From Hemiscyllium ocellatum (lineage: Eukaryota), in NCBI RefSeq assembly GCF_020745735.1, contig NC_083402.1, positions 8,074,004-8,138,003 of the forward strand: DNA of 64,000 nt. Direction: 5' to 3'. A program made the translations under genes and the position numbers. Below are positions 13,095-26,639 of this stretch, piece by piece (within the stretch, counting starts at the first letter, position 1; each line of letters opens with the position of its first letter). The notes below the pieces were generated by a model. It was not told where the DNA came from and ran no database searches. It saw only the letters and a list, made by a program, of their open reading frames with translations.

Positions 13095-15615
13095 AAACAG
13101 GTAAAAACAAGGACTGAGGTAAAAACAGGTAAAAACAGATGCTGGAAACCAGAGTCGAGATTAGAGTGGTGCTGGAAAAGCACAGCAGGTCAGGCAGCAT
13201 TCGAGGAGCATGAAAATCAATGTTTCAGGCAAAAGCCCTTAATCAGGATTACAGGCAGGGTAATCTGGGTTGTTCGGTATTGGAACTGGTCCTCCTGGGA
13301 GCAGATGTGGTGGAGATGAAGGAATTGGAAATATGGGATGGTGTTTTTACAGGAGGCAGGGTGGGAGGAGGTGTAGTCCAGGTAGCTGTGGGAATCAGTC
13401 GGTTTATAGTTAATGTCTGTGTTGATTCGGTCGTCCAAGATAGAAATGGAGAGGTCTAGGAAGGGGAGGAAGGGGTCTGAGATAGTCCAGATAAATTTGA
13501 GGTCGGGGTGGAAGGTGTTGGTAAAGTGGATGAACTGTTCAACCTTCCTCATAGGAGCACGAGGCAGCACCGATACAGTCATTGATGTGGCGGAGAGAAA
13601 GGTGGGGGGGTGGTGCCAGCGTAGCTGCGGAAGATGGACTGTTCCACATATCCTACGAAGAGACAGGCATAGCTGGGACCCATGCGGGTGCCCATGGCAA
13701 CTTCTTTAGTTTGGAGGAAGTGGGAGGATTGAAAAGAGAAGTTATTCAGGGTGAGGACCAGTTCAGTCAGTCGAAGGAGGGTGTCAGTGGAAGGGTACTG
13801 GTTGTGCGGCGGGAAAGGAAGAATTGGAGGGTCTTGAGTCCTGCGTGATGGGGGATGGAGGTGTACAGGGACTGGACGTCCATCGTGAAAATAAGGCGTT
13901 GGGGACCGGGGAAGCGAAAATCCTGGAGGAGGTGGAGGGCGTGGGTGGTGTCCCGAACATAGGTGGGGAGTTCTTGGACTAAAGGGGACAGAACCGTGTC
14001 GAGGTACGCGGAGATGAGTTGGGTGGGGTAGGAGCAGGCTGAGACAATGGGTCGGCCGGGGCAGTCAGGTTTGTGGATTTTGGGCAGGAGTTAGAAACGG
14101 GTGGTGCGGGGTTGTGGGACTGAGGTTGGAGGCGGTGGATGGGAGATCCCCTGAGGTGATGAGGTTATGGATGGTCTGGGAGATGATGGTTTGGTGGTGG
14201 GAGGTGGGGTCATGGTCAAGGGGGCGATAAGAGGAGGCGTCTGCGAGCTGGAGTTTGGCCTCAGCGGTATAAAGGTCGGTGCGCCAAACTACTACCGCGC
14301 CTCCCTTGTCTGCCGGTTTGATGGTGAGGTTGGGGTTGGAGCGGAGGGAGTGGAGGGCTGCACGTCCACATATCTTACAAAGAGGCAGGCATAGCTGGGC
14401 CCATGTGGGTGCCCGTGGCTACTCCTTTGGTTTGAAGGAAGTGGGAGGATTGGAATGAGAAGTTGTTCAGGGTGAGGACCAGTTCAGTCAGTTGAAGGAG
14501 GATGCCAGTGGAAGGGTACTGGTTGGTACGGCGGGAAAGGAAGAAGAAGAGGGCTTTGAGGCCTTCGTGATGGGGGATGGAGGTGTACAGGGACTGGATG
14601 TCCATAGTGAAGATAAGGCGTCGGGGACCGGGGAAGCAAAAATCATGGAGGAGGTGGAGGGCGTGGGTGGTGTCCCGAATGTAGGTGGGGAGTTCTTGGA
14701 CTAAGGGGGACAGGACCGTGTCAAGGTATGCGGAGATGAGTTCGGTGGGGCAGGAGCAGGCTGAGACAATGGGTCGGCCGGGGCAGTCAGGTTTGTGGAT
14801 TTTGGGCAGGAGGTAGAAACGGGCGGTGCGGGGTTGTGGGACTATGAGGTTGGAGGCGGTGGATGGGAGATCCCCTGAGGTGATGAGGTTATGGATGGTC
14901 TGGGAGATGATGGTTTGGTGGTGGGAGGTGGGGTCATGGTCAAGAGGGCAGTAGCAGCTGGTGTCCGCAAGCTGGCGTTTAGCCTCAGCGGTGTAAATGT
15001 CAGTGCCCCAAACTACTACCGCGCCTCCCTTGTCTGCCGGTTCGATAGTGAGGTTGGGGTTGGAGCGGAGGGAGTGGAAGGCTGCACGTTCCGAGGGTGA
15101 GAAACTGGAGTGGGTGAGTGGGGTGGAGAGGTTGAGGCAGTTAATGTCTCAGCGGCAGTTGGCAATGAAGAGATCGAGGTCAGGTAAGAGGCCAGCACGG
15201 GGTGTCCAGGTGGATGGGGTGTGTTGGAGGCGGAAGAAGGGGACGTCAGTGGGTGGGCGAGAATCCTGGTTGAAGAAGTAGGTGCAGAGGTGAAGGCGGT
15301 GGAAGAATTGTTCAATATCTCGCTGCGTGTTGAACTCTTAATCTGAGAGCATAGGGGAATGAAGGTGAGACCTCTGCCGAGGACCAATCGTTCATCCTCA
15401 GAGAGGGGGAGGTCTGGAGGGATGGTGAACACACAGCAGGGCTGGGAGCTAGGAGCTGGAGTGGGGCTGGAGCTGGGAGTTCGGGCGGGGTTAGGCGTGG
15501 GGACGGGAATCGGGGCGGAGACGGAGATCGGGGCAGGGGTGGGGTTCGGCGTGGGGGGCGGGGTTAGGCTTGCGAACGGAGATCGGTGTGGGGTCATCTG
15601 CAGTCCTCACTTTCT
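13095..15615 (-). mobile_element. Penelope-like element with internal deletion and tandem internal duplication
   Basis: Penelope RT fragments; 13740-14345 is repeated at ~14465-15070; shares its terminal junction with the unit-B element. Confidence 0.85.
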
Positions 15616-15849
15616 CTTACAAGATTGACAGCACAATGTCCCGGGTAGAGAACCATCAGATGAGACATGTGGGGGAAGGGGAATGTAAAAGAGGAGGGGG
15701 TATTGCAACATTGACCAAGGAGTCAATTGCTGTAATAAGATGGATGATATCTTAGAATATTCTTCAAATGAGGCCACATGGTACAATGTAAAAACAAAAC
15801 CCCATCACCACCCTCTGTCTCCTACCATCACGTCAATTTTGTGTCCAAT

Positions 15850-16500
15850 TCACATTCTTCCCCTGAATCACGTGATCTGACTTTACTAACTGGTCTACCA
15901 TGCGGAACCTTGTCAAAGGCTTTGCAAAATGACCAAGTCAATAACATCTCCCATCTTGCCCTCATCAATCTTTCTGGTTACAGCATCAAAAAATTTAATC
16001 AAGTTTGTGAGACATGATTTCCCCTGCACACAGCAGTGCTGACTATCCCTTATCCCTGGTGTTGGGTGAGGTTTTTAAACTTTGTCCACCCCAGTCCAAC
16101 ACCGGCACCTCCACATTATATTCCTTAACAGTCCTAACTTCTTCACATGCCTGTAAATCCTATTTCTCAGAACCTCCTCCAAGAACCTACCCACCAGTGA
16201 TGTCAGACTCACAGGGTTATAGTTCCCAGGCATCTCCTTGCAGCCTTTCTACAATAAAGGCATAATGTTAGACAACGTCCAGTCCTCCAGCACCTTACCT
16301 TTGGATGCAGATGATGCAAATATCTCAGCTAGAGGCCCCATAATTTCTTCCCTAACGTCCCATAATGCCCTGGGATACATATGACCATGTCCTGATGATT
16401 TATTCACCTTTATGTTTTCAGGAACTCCAGCATTTCCTCTTCTGAAATGTAGGCTGTTTTCAAGTCATCAATATTTATTTTCCCAAATTCCCTCGCCTTC
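15850..16500 (-). mobile_element. CR1 ORF2 fragments (paralog ~38560-39480)
   Basis: Minus-strand DFxKAFDKVP-type RT segments. Confidence 0.7.
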
Positions 16501-17754
16501 ATTTCTTTCTCCACAATAAACACAAATGTAACGTGTTCATTTAGTATCCCTCCCATCTCCTGTGGTTCCACACAGTGATGACCTCTTTGATCTTTAAGGG
16601 GCCCTGTTCTTTCCCCAGTTGCTCTTTGGATTATCTGTATTGAACAGTTTCTGCCATGGCTATCTCATATGCACTTTCCTCCCTCCTGATATCCCTCTTT
16701 AGAATTCCCCTACACTCTGTAATAACTCCACAGAGACAAGCATCCCTTCCCCAAGTCGCCCCTTATTTACACAGGGAGAGTCCTGACCCTGATCCAGCTC
16801 CCTCGCAGCAAGCTCTCAGAGTGAACAGAATCTCTGACATTCCTGTTCTTAAACTAACAACCCCAAGTCAGGGAACTCATATCCTATGAGGTCCACCCGG
16901 CTGACATCTTCATTTTGGAAACCCCTGGATGACCTTGACTCGAGGCAGACACTCTTACTCCACATAATAATCTACCATCCTCTCCTGTGGTTGAGAAAGG
17001 TTTCACTTCTGGTTGTGATGACCCTTTGGTTTCCCCCAGCACACCAGCTATTTCAGGTTGGCCAAGTTTGGATCTGTCTTCATCCAAAGTCTGATATTGT
17101 CAGCTGTGACTGGAAGTGTGTCCAGAAAATTTAAAACCGTTGACGACTTTTCCAGTGGTGGTACCATCGGTGGTGTATCTGCCAGTGGGAGGTGGCTCAA
17201 TGTATCCACATTTGTTACTTGGGGTCCCGGACAGTGTCCTAATTGTAATTAAACCCACTTCATATTCAAGCCCATTGCTGAATCCGGCCTGAAGGTATGG
17301 ACAGCACTGCCTTATCCTCTTTCAGAAGATGTAACAGGGGTTTGTGGTCTGTGATTATTAGAAATTTGTATTCATATAGGTATTAACAGAATGTGCTGAC
17401 TCCAAATATGAACGCCCAATCGACTTCCCTCTCTGGGCATATTTACATTCTGCAGAAGCCAAAGTCCCAGACACATCTCTAATTGGTTATGTCTCTCTAC
17501 TGGGCCACCAATCAGCTCACACTACTCTGATGTGTGTACAAGCAGGCACCACAAGCAGGTTGATACAAAGGTGTCAGGATGGACGTCAGGTTATGTATGA
17601 ACTTCCTGTAATAGATCACCAGCCCTGGAACAACCCAAGCTGTGGTACTGATGTGGGAATTAGGGTCACCTCTGCCTGCCCTCTTCCAATGGGTGTTACC
17701 CAGTCTTATTGACTCTGTCCTTTAAGTAGGACACTCAGGGTGCCTGGATTCTAC

Positions 17755-17945
17755 ATTTACCCCTAACTAATTCACCTCACCTGCACATCTTTTGGATTGT
17801 ACGAGGAAACTGGAGCACTCAGAGGAAACCAACGCAGACACAGGGAGAATGTGCAAACATTGCATAGACAGTCGCCCAAGGTTGGAATTGAATGCAGGCC
17901 CCTGGTGCAGTGAGGCAGCAGTGCGAAACACTGAGCCAAAGTGTT
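17755..17945 (-). mobile_element. HE1-type SINE, degenerate (paralog ~40115-40290)
   Basis: Same body as the 38915 element. Confidence 0.8.
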
Positions 17946-18199
17946 GCTCTAAACCTTTCTGATTCATGTCCCTATTCAAATTTCCCATAAATGTTGTAAC
18001 TGTACCTACATCTAGCATTTTTTTTCTGGCAGTCCATTTCACATACAAACCCCGCTCTGTGTGAATACTTGCCCATCATGTCCCTCTTCATTCTTTCTCC
18101 ACTCATCTTAAAAATATGCCCCTTGTTTTGAACTACCCCCAAACCCTGAGACAAAGACGTTTGTTATTCACTGTCTGTATTCTCCTCACGATGTTATTA

Positions 18200-18860
18200 A
18201 CCTCAGGGATGATCACCTTGATGGGATTGCTCTATCTGCCCTCAATAGACAGATGGAAATTGAGGAGCAAAAATGTAAAGAGATCTCAGCTCTATGTAAG
18301 AATAATAGGGTTGTAATAAAAGGCAATTTTAACTTTCCAGATAGAGACTGGCACTGCCATAGTGTTTGGTGCTTGGACAAGTGAGGAAATTGTTAAATGT
18401 GTTCAAGAAAATTTTCTGTCTCAATCTGTAGCTGTCCCTATCAGAGAAGGAGCAAAATGTGACATTCTCTTGGAAAGTAAGGCAAGCGACTGAAACGTTT
18501 GGGAGCAGTGATCGTCATTTTGTTAGTTTTAGATTAGTTATGAAAAAGTATGGGCATTGTAAAGTAGTATATAATTAGAGTCAGGCAAATCTTGATGGCA
18601 TGGGACAGGAACTTTCAAACTTGATTGGAGTAAACTGTTCACAGGTAAAGGGACCACTGGCAATTGGAGTTTGCAAAACTGAGATAATGAGAGTTCAGAG
18701 ACATGATGTTCCTGTTACAGGGAAGAGTAAGGCTGGTAGGAGTCTGGGATAATGGATGAACAAAGATATTGAGGCTATGCTCAAGAATAATAAGGAATCT
18801 TTTGTGAGGTATAAACAACTGGGATCAAGCGAATCTCTTGAAAACTATCAAGAGTGTGTA
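18200..18860 (+). mobile_element. CR1 endonuclease fragment (paralog ~40560-41210)
   Basis: NRVVIKGNFNFP and following APE motifs. Confidence 0.7.
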
Positions 18861-18865
18861 GTGAT

Positions 18866-19860
18866 TGTAACAAGGTCAGCCAGGTGGGCCTCACAGAATT
18901 TGAGTTCCCTAACTGATGCAGGTAATCTGGTCCAATCAGGGAGTCCTGGCTGACAGATAAGAACAGGAGTGATAGATATCCTGTTCACTCTGAGGGAGCT
19001 GGATCAATGCCAAGGACTCTCCACATGGAAATAAGGGTTGATTTGGTGATGAAATACAAGCCTTTTTGGAATTATTTCAGTGACAACAGGGGTGAGATTA
19101 ATAATGTAACCATGCAAAAGTGCCTACTAGCTTCAAGAAAGCAGTACAACTGGCTTTACCAATGGAAAATGCAGCAAGTGAAGCCAATGAGTAGTAGGAT
19201 ATTCCCCTGGAAGTAGGCACCCACACCAGACCGACTGAGCTGAGGGAACCACCACCTGAGTGAAGGCAATTGCACAGCCTCACTCAGGACATATCCTGAA
19301 CAGAGGGACTCCAGGTCAGCCCAGAGCAAAACCCCAAAACAAAACCAAGCTTCAACCAAATAGTGACAACTTTCTTCAGGATCCAGGCCGGCACAGCATT
19401 GTCATTGCTGCAGGAATCAGGACTCGAGACAGTAAAAGAGTTTCACTCGACCTAAACTGAGTAAGAGAACTCATCAGTCAGTGTCCAGGAAAGTCCATCT
19501 ACATCTTATGTAGAATAATTAATTTGTTTCACAACACCTAAATCAGAACCAATCAAAATTGGAGTCTGGTTAAATGATGACCTATTCTAGTTGAGGTCAA
19601 TACCAGAATGGCCGTTGCAGTGATCATACAACCAGTCTTTAACAGAATTTGCCCTGGACTCTAACCCTTAGGTTTGTACAAGACCTCAGCAAGATTGAGA
19701 ACCCATACCGGGAAACCTTTCCAAATTAAGGATACAACTTCGGTTCCAGTCTCTTATGAGAAGCAGCTGGTTCAGTGATCACTGATTGTAGTAAAGGGTT
19801 TGGACCCGAGCTTGATCAGGTGAGGTTGGTTGAGAAAGATTCACCTTGCATCATCAACGT
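18866..19860 (+). mobile_element. Ty3/Gypsy LTR (TG..CA 18866-19079) plus decayed gag/protease; paralog at 41221-42220
   Basis: TG...CA LTR, degenerate PBS, LALPMENAASEA gag-like segment, EVNTRMAVAVI resembling the EVDTGAAVSVI aspartic protease motif. Confidence 0.75.
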
Positions 19861-20998
19861 TTTTGAATAGAAAATGGCTGCCTGAATGAATACTCAATGA
19901 GTATTTATATGGTTAACCATTTGCTTAAAATCTCCACAAAGGTGAATCAACTGATTGGGTTTCATAACTGGTACGATAGGATCAAAAAACAGGAAATGTG
20001 GAGGACCCTGAAACTATGAAACATAAATACAATAGTCAGCACCAAATCACCAAGGGATTCAGAAAAAGCTTCTCTGCAGGGAGTGGTTAGGATGTGGAAC
20101 CTGCTCATACACCAAGTGGTTGACACAGTGACCATTGTTGTACTGAAGGGGAAGCTTGATTGACACTTGAGGGAGGAAGCAACAGAGGGAAGTGCTGTCA
20201 AAGTGAGAAAAAGAAGGGTGGGGGAGGTGAACTTGTGCAGAACACGATCACCGGCAAAAACCAACTGCACAGATAGCTTGATTCTGTAAGTCCCAAAAGC
20301 CTGGGCCTCCTTTTGCTGTTCAGACGACTTCACAGGCACTGCTGATTTTTTTAGTCATTCATGGGATGAGGGTGTCACAAGTGAGGCCATCATTTCTTGT
20401 CTGTTCCTAACTGCCCTTGAGAAAGTACTGGTGAGCTGTCTCCTTGAAATGTTGCAGCCAATGATGTTAGAATCCTTGGTGACTTTTAATGATTTTTATT
20501 TTGTTTTATCAATCTTTGCTTAGAGTTGTGAACTGAGGACTGTTACCTGAGGAAGACAAACAAATTTGGCTTAATTTATGAGGCCAGATGTGGAAGTTAT
20601 TTGCAAGTTGATTCTGATCAAAACAATTCCATAGATTCTTCAACACTGGGGAAGAGCAGTGCATGTAAACAGACAGACGTTGGTCATTAATAAAGACAGT
20701 CCCTGGGAACTGGTTCCACCAAGTCTGGGAGAGACCGAATGCTCAAGGAGGTGGCAGATGTTCACTGGGAACTGGGACCTTGCAGTGAGATGGTCAGTCT
20801 GTCAGGGAGAGGCCACAGTTTCGAACTGGGTTTTGGGGAGGAGTCTGGCTGTTGAAGTAACAACATGAAGATCTGAAAGCCCCTTTCCTAACCGTCCATT
20901 GACAGCCAACGAAATGAGAGAGATAATGAGGTCCCTTGGCATTTGGATCTAATATTAGGAAAGCAGCCACATCCTTAACTAACTTGGTTCAACAATAA

Positions 20999-21300
20999 AT
21001 GAAAATTGAATGGGCTACAGAATGTTGCCAGACAGTCATTGCAAAACTGAAAGTAATTTTAACAAATAAATGTGTATTAACTGCACCGAACTTTAATAAA
21101 CCATTTCAATTAGCAGGAGATGTTTGCGATTTGGGGATTGGAGCAGTTCTCCTACAGGACAACGAGGCTGGGATGGAGAAACTTGTGGCTTATTTTTCAA
21201 AAAAGGTCGAACCAACATCAGAAAACCAACTTGATGATAGAAAAGGAAGTTAGCAGCTTTTCAACACTTTGGATTATATACTCAACATGGAGACAATGAG
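20999..21300 (+). mobile_element. Gypsy RT/RNase H junction fragment (paralog 42754-43050)
   Basis: LTAPNFNKPFQLAGDVCDLGIGAVLLQD..VAYFSKK. Confidence 0.85.
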
Positions 21301-21349
21301 ACTGTCTCTTTTACTGATCATAATCCACTGACGTTTGGAGATGGAGTTT

Positions 21350-22490
21350 AGATCTACAGCTGGAGAAGTGTGAGTGGACTGGAGGAAAGCTCATGTGGCA
21401 CCTTGATTTAAAAATTGAGCAAGGGATAAACCAGGTAGCTCCAGGCCAGTGAGTCTGAGCTCAGTGGTGGGGAATCCATTGGAAGCAATTTAAAGGGACA
21501 GAATTAATCTACACTTGAGGAGGCAGGGATTAATCAGAAACAGACAGCATGGCTCTGTTAAGGAGAGGGCGGCAGAAGATGGGAAATTATCTGCTGTTAG
21601 TCTGGCTTCAGTTGTTTGTAAGATTTTAGTGAACATTATTAAGAATGAGATTGCAGAGAACTTGGAAGTGCAGAGTAAAATACAGCTGAGTCAGTATGGC
21701 TTCATCAAAGGCAGGTCATGCCTGAAATAAATCTGTTAGAAATCTTTGAGGAGGAAACAGGCAAGTTAGATAAAAGAGATCAAAGTTGGTCATTAATGAG
21801 AACATGACCAACTTGGATTTCCAGATGGTTTTTGACAAGGTGCTCCAGTGGAAGCTGCTAAATAAGATAAAAGCCCATGGTGTTAGGGATTGGCCTGGTG
21901 TGACAATACTCAGTCTTTCAGAGGTATATTTTGTCCTGGTATTTATTTTTTCATGAAAAGAGGTTGAGATAGAGGTGAAAAAAAGTCTGTTTCAAAACAT
22001 TAAAGTAAACAGCTCGTGAACAGTTGAAACAATAGAAGCACTCTGAACGAGTGGGTTAAGCTCCGACATAACCAGGATTTCAGTTTAACTTTGAGAAGCT
22101 GCTGGGGTTTGGAAGCTGCTATACATTGCTTCCTGAAGGCAAATGGAATATTATCCTTCATTGTAAGAGGGATGGAGTTTAAACAGATGGAGGTTATGCT
22201 GCAGCTGTATAGGGGGCTGGTGAGACCACACCTGCAGTATTGTCTCCTTAATTCCGAAAGGATGCATTGGGACTGGAGATAATGCAGGGGAGGTTCACTT
22301 GGTTAATTCCAGAATTGAGGGGCTTGGCTTATGAGGGAAGATTGAGTCGGCTGAGACTACATTCATTGGAATTTAGAAGAATGATGGGGGAATATTACAA
22401 AAATATGTAAAATTATGAAGGAAATGGATAAGGTAGAAGCAGGGACGTTGTTTCCACTGGTGGGTGAAACTAGAACTAGGGGGCATCAGC
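21350..22490 (+). mobile_element. Degenerate CR1 ORF2 fragments (paralog ~43110-44260)
   Basis: RPVSLSSVVG, QYGFIKGRSCL, MLQLYRGLVRPHLQYC. Confidence 0.8.
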
Positions 22491-23389
22491 CTTCTGTTAT
22501 AAAGCCTCAAATTATCTTGAGAATGTGACTTAAATAAAGTTCTGGGTAATACACATTAATGAATCAAAACCAGCAAATCCATTCTAAAAGATGAAAGACT
22601 GGATAATCAAGGTTTGTTCAATGTATCATTGTATCACTGTAATCTATTGCCAGACACTCTTGTCTTATGGTCCTGTTTCACACCACCTGATGAAGGAGCA
22701 GCGCTCAGAAAGCTAGTGCTTCCAAATAAACCTGTTGGACTATAACCTGGTGTTGTGTGATTTTTAACTTTGTCCACCCCAGTCCAACACCGGCTCCTCC
22801 AAATCTTGTAAATGAACTCTGTCTTGTTTAAAACTAAATGGTTTGACCAGCCAATTCTCTCCTGCAATATCCACTTTACACCTGTTTAAAACAACGAGCA
22901 AAGTTAAGGTCTGGGCTCCCTTCTTAAAGGGTTTGAGGGATCTGGCCTGGTCCATAACAGAATGGGGACTCTTTACAGGATTTGTTGTTTAGTTGCAAAC
23001 TGGGATTCGAGTTGTTGGACTTGAAGGCAGCGAATGGTAAGTGTTAGTGTCTGTTGTTCTGGAAGTTGGTTTTGGTTGGTGTTGCTTGGTGTAGTCAGGG
23101 CTCTTTCAGTCAGCAAAAGTTTTCTGGGGGTGGAGGAAGTGACCTTGGGGGTTTTACAAAAAGGTGGTTAAAGTAGCCTGCATCTCTGCTGTCTTACTTT
23201 TTTTTTGATATTTTAAACTTCTGTCAATTGACTTCCACCTCGCACCTCTACCTATCCCCCATTAATTAGTTTAAAACACTCAAAATAGTTGTTTAAAAAG
23301 GCACAAAGATCAAGAGCTGTATTCTGGGGGAAGTCTTGTCAGATTTTTGTTAACTCACACACAAACAATGGTCCAAATGACCTCTTTCT

Positions 23390-24330
23390 ATGCAGTAAAT
23401 GTGGTGAGGGCATGGAATGCGCTGCCTGTGGGAGTGGCAGAGTCAGAATCATTGGTGACCTTTAAGCTGCAATTGGATAGGTACATGGAAAGGTGCTTCA
23501 GCCCGGAGAAATGTTTGGCACAATATTGTGGGCCGAAGGGCATGTTCTGTGCTGTATTGTTCTATGTTCTATGTTCAAGCCCTCCAGCCCTGGTATCATT
23601 CTCCTCAATCTTTTCTGAACCCTTTTGAGTTTCACAGCATCTTTCCTACAGCAAAGAGACCAGAAATGAATGCAGTATTCCAGAAGTGGTCCAACCAGCA
23701 TCCTGTACAGCCATGATAAGAGCTCCTCATTCCTGTACTCAATGCATTGATCAATAAAGGTGAGTTTACCAAATGCTTCCTTCACTAAACAGTCTACCCT
23801 TTGACTCCACTTTCAAAGAACAATGAACCTGCACTCCAAGGTCTCTTTGTTTGGCAACACTCCTCAGTACTTTACCAGGAAGTGTATCAGTCCTGCCCTG
23901 ATTTGCCTTAACAAAATGCAACACCTCAAATTTATCTAAGTTAAACTCCATCTGCCACTCCTCAGCCCATTGGCCCATCTGATCAATGTCCCGTTGTCCT
24001 CTGTGATAACCTTCTTTGCTGTTCACTACACCTCCAATTTTGGTGTCATCTGTAAACTTACTGACCATTTCTCTGATATTCACATCCGAGCCATTTATAT
24101 AAATGACAAGAAGCAGTGGATCCAGTACCGATCCTTGCAGCACACCGCTGGGTACAGGCCTCCAGTCTAAAAAGCAATCCTGTGCTACCACACTCTGTGT
24201 CCTATCTTCAAGCCAGTTATGTATCTAAATGGCTAGTTCCCCCGGTATTCCATGTGATCTAACCTTGTTAACCAGTCTATCATGCAGAACCTTGTCAAAT
24301 ACTTTGCTGAAGTCCAATTAGGTCATGTCT
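23390..24330. mobile_element. Head-to-head CR1 fragments at the right boundary of unit A
   Basis: Plus-strand 3' end at 23390-23580; minus-strand RT (GVLQGSVLDP, KFTDD) at 23580-24330. Confidence 0.8.
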
Positions 24331-24630
24331 TCCACTCTCCATTCATCAATCATCTTCATTACTCCTTCATGAAACCCAATGAGTCATGTTATGTCTGAAC
24401 ATGTCCTACTGATCCACACATTATCAGGAGCTATACAAATGTACAAGAATCCCAGTAGGATCACCCTGACACCCAAAGTGCCTGACAGACTGTCACTCAG
24501 CACAGAAGTGAGCCACACCAGGATTCTTCAGTAACAGTTAAATAATTCCATTAATGAATAATTCCAGTAATAAGAGCAGTGAAAGAAATGGATACCTAAT
24601 TAATAATCCAAAACAGCATCCCTAGCAAGC

Positions 24631-24677
24631 CACACACACGCACACGCACACACACACACACACGCACAGACACACAC
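24631..24677. repeat. Imperfect (CA)n microsatellite
   Basis: Direct inspection. Confidence 0.9.
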
Positions 24678-25239
24678 AATCACAAGTAAGACAGAGAAAA
24701 GATAGATGATTTATATTTCTACCATGAGTGACAAAAGAATGTAGACAGGGTAACAGGGAAAACAAAACTCTGAAAATAAAAGTCCTGACCACAAGATGGA
24801 AGGATCGTTCTCTCTCACAGTCCTTGTGTTTTTTAGCAGGAACGAGATGCTGTGTTCTGGACAGTGATGGTTATGCTTCAAATTCAACGGCCACCAGGTG
24901 AACTTAGAACTTTTCACATGTGACTTCTTTCTTTCCAGATTACTTGTGTATTTTTCTGCTTTTCTCGATAGTGATGGGGGAGAGGCAGTGCTGGCTGCTT
25001 TCTCTCTGTAGGCTCCAGATACTTTACACTTTCAGACACTCCAGGGATGTTTAGCTTTGTAACAGCACAGTTCAACCAATCAGACAGCAGTTGCTAAGCA
25101 GAATTTTCTTAACTCGAAACATTATCATGAGATCCGATGACATCAGGTCAAACATGAGCAAGGGAATCTCCGGATGATTTCCCACTGCCACAATCCCCCC
25201 ACTCCCAGGCTTCTGATCATGTTTATCACCACTTGGAGG

Positions 25240-26000
25240 AAGCACTGAGGTCAACACTGGCACAGAATGTACTCTGGGTGGGAGACGTCACTGTCCAACA
25301 CCAAGACAGACTCAGCAGCTTTACTACTGCCTGAGCTGGTGGAATCTGAAATGACATAGCTCTTGGACTGGGTCTGTGGTGGGTGGTGAGGGAACCAACA
25401 AGAGAGAAAAGCTTGACCTTGTCCTCAGTCGTCTATCTGCCTATTATAGGATTGGGAGGAGTAACTACCACACAGTTCCGTGGAGACAAACTCCCATCAT
25501 CACATTGAGGTACATCCCCATCGTGTATGGCACTAGGCCTGAGTTAAATAGGACAGACTTTGAACAGATCGTGCAAGTCAAGACTGGGATCCCTGAGACA
25601 CTGTGGGCCATCAGTACAGCAGAATTGAGCTGTAACACAATCTGTAAGCTCATGGCATGTAATTCTCCCCCACTCAGCCATTAACATCAAGTCAGGACAT
25701 CAATTCTCGTTCAATGAACAATGCAGGAGGTGATGCCAGGAACAGCACCAGCAAACCTGAAAATGAGATGTCAGCTATAAAACTACTTCTGTGTCAAACA
25801 GCATAAACTGCAATTGATGCTCTGGGGTAAGTGATTCCACTGTCAGTGCATCAGATATAAGCTCAGCAGACCTGTCACATGCAGTTATGAATGGGTGAGG
25901 ACAATTAAGCAGCTAACAGGAATATGAGTCTCCACAAATATCCCCATCCTCAATGAGGGGGAGCCCTGCTCATCAGTGCAAATGATAGGGCTGAGACATT
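25240..26000 (+). mobile_element. Non-LTR LINE APE/linker fragment
   Basis: AQNVLWVGD.., EPTREK.LDLVL motifs; same family as the 5870-6180 fragment. Confidence 0.7.
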
Positions 26001-26639
26001 CACACCTAACTTGACCCAGAAGATGTCCCCAGCATCATAGATGATTCCTTACCCAGCCGGTAAATATAATTCAGTGGGTCAGCATTCACGTGTAGATGGG
26101 GCTAGGGACAGAAATCATGGGACCTAGTGCTGTTCCTCACACAACCCCTGACCCAACCTCCAGGACCCACACTCACTTCCACTTACCTGACACAGTGAAC
26201 ACCCTTCTTCAATCCTAATGTACTGTCCACCCCTGTCCTGGAGAGACCTGACCAAGTAAGGATGGCAGAGACAAAAACAGAAATTGTGGGAAAAACTCAG
26301 CAGGTATGGTGACATCTGTGGAGAGAAAGTAGAGTTAATGTTTTGGGTCCAGTGACACTTCTTCAGAAATAAAATGATCAAAAACAGTGGACTGAGAGGA
26401 GTGTGGGTCTTGCAGCTGCTCCTGAGATTCAGATTTATTTCCAAATTTACTTCTGGTTTTCTTACATTTATTAAATTTCAGTAAGAAAAGCTTTTTGTTT
26501 GATTCACGTTTAGTTATTTTATATTCAAAAACACAAAAAAATCCCAAAATGGACAGGCACAATATTTTTTATCAAACAGAGTCCTATAAATGGACTTTTT
26601 GGATCGGCCCACATGTGGGCTGTGGGAAGCTTTGCTGAT

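Larger units (their letters stand above)
1552..23400. repeat. Tandem segmental duplication, unit A (contains V1a and V2a)
   Basis: Collinear with 29977-45670 at roughly 93-96% identity by eye, with shared TE insertions and several large indels. Confidence 0.9.

Noticed and set aside
19280-19359. Signal-peptide-like minus ORF MVEAWFCFGVLLWADLESLCSG (copy at ~41716)
   Set aside because: It is the antisense of a decayed Gypsy gag region with only a weak donor; the exon at 46098 is far better.
19962-20339. LLFLTLTALPSVAS signal/TM-like ORF present in three copies
   Set aside because: It is the antisense of an old LINE 3' end; the three copies reflect the segmental duplications.
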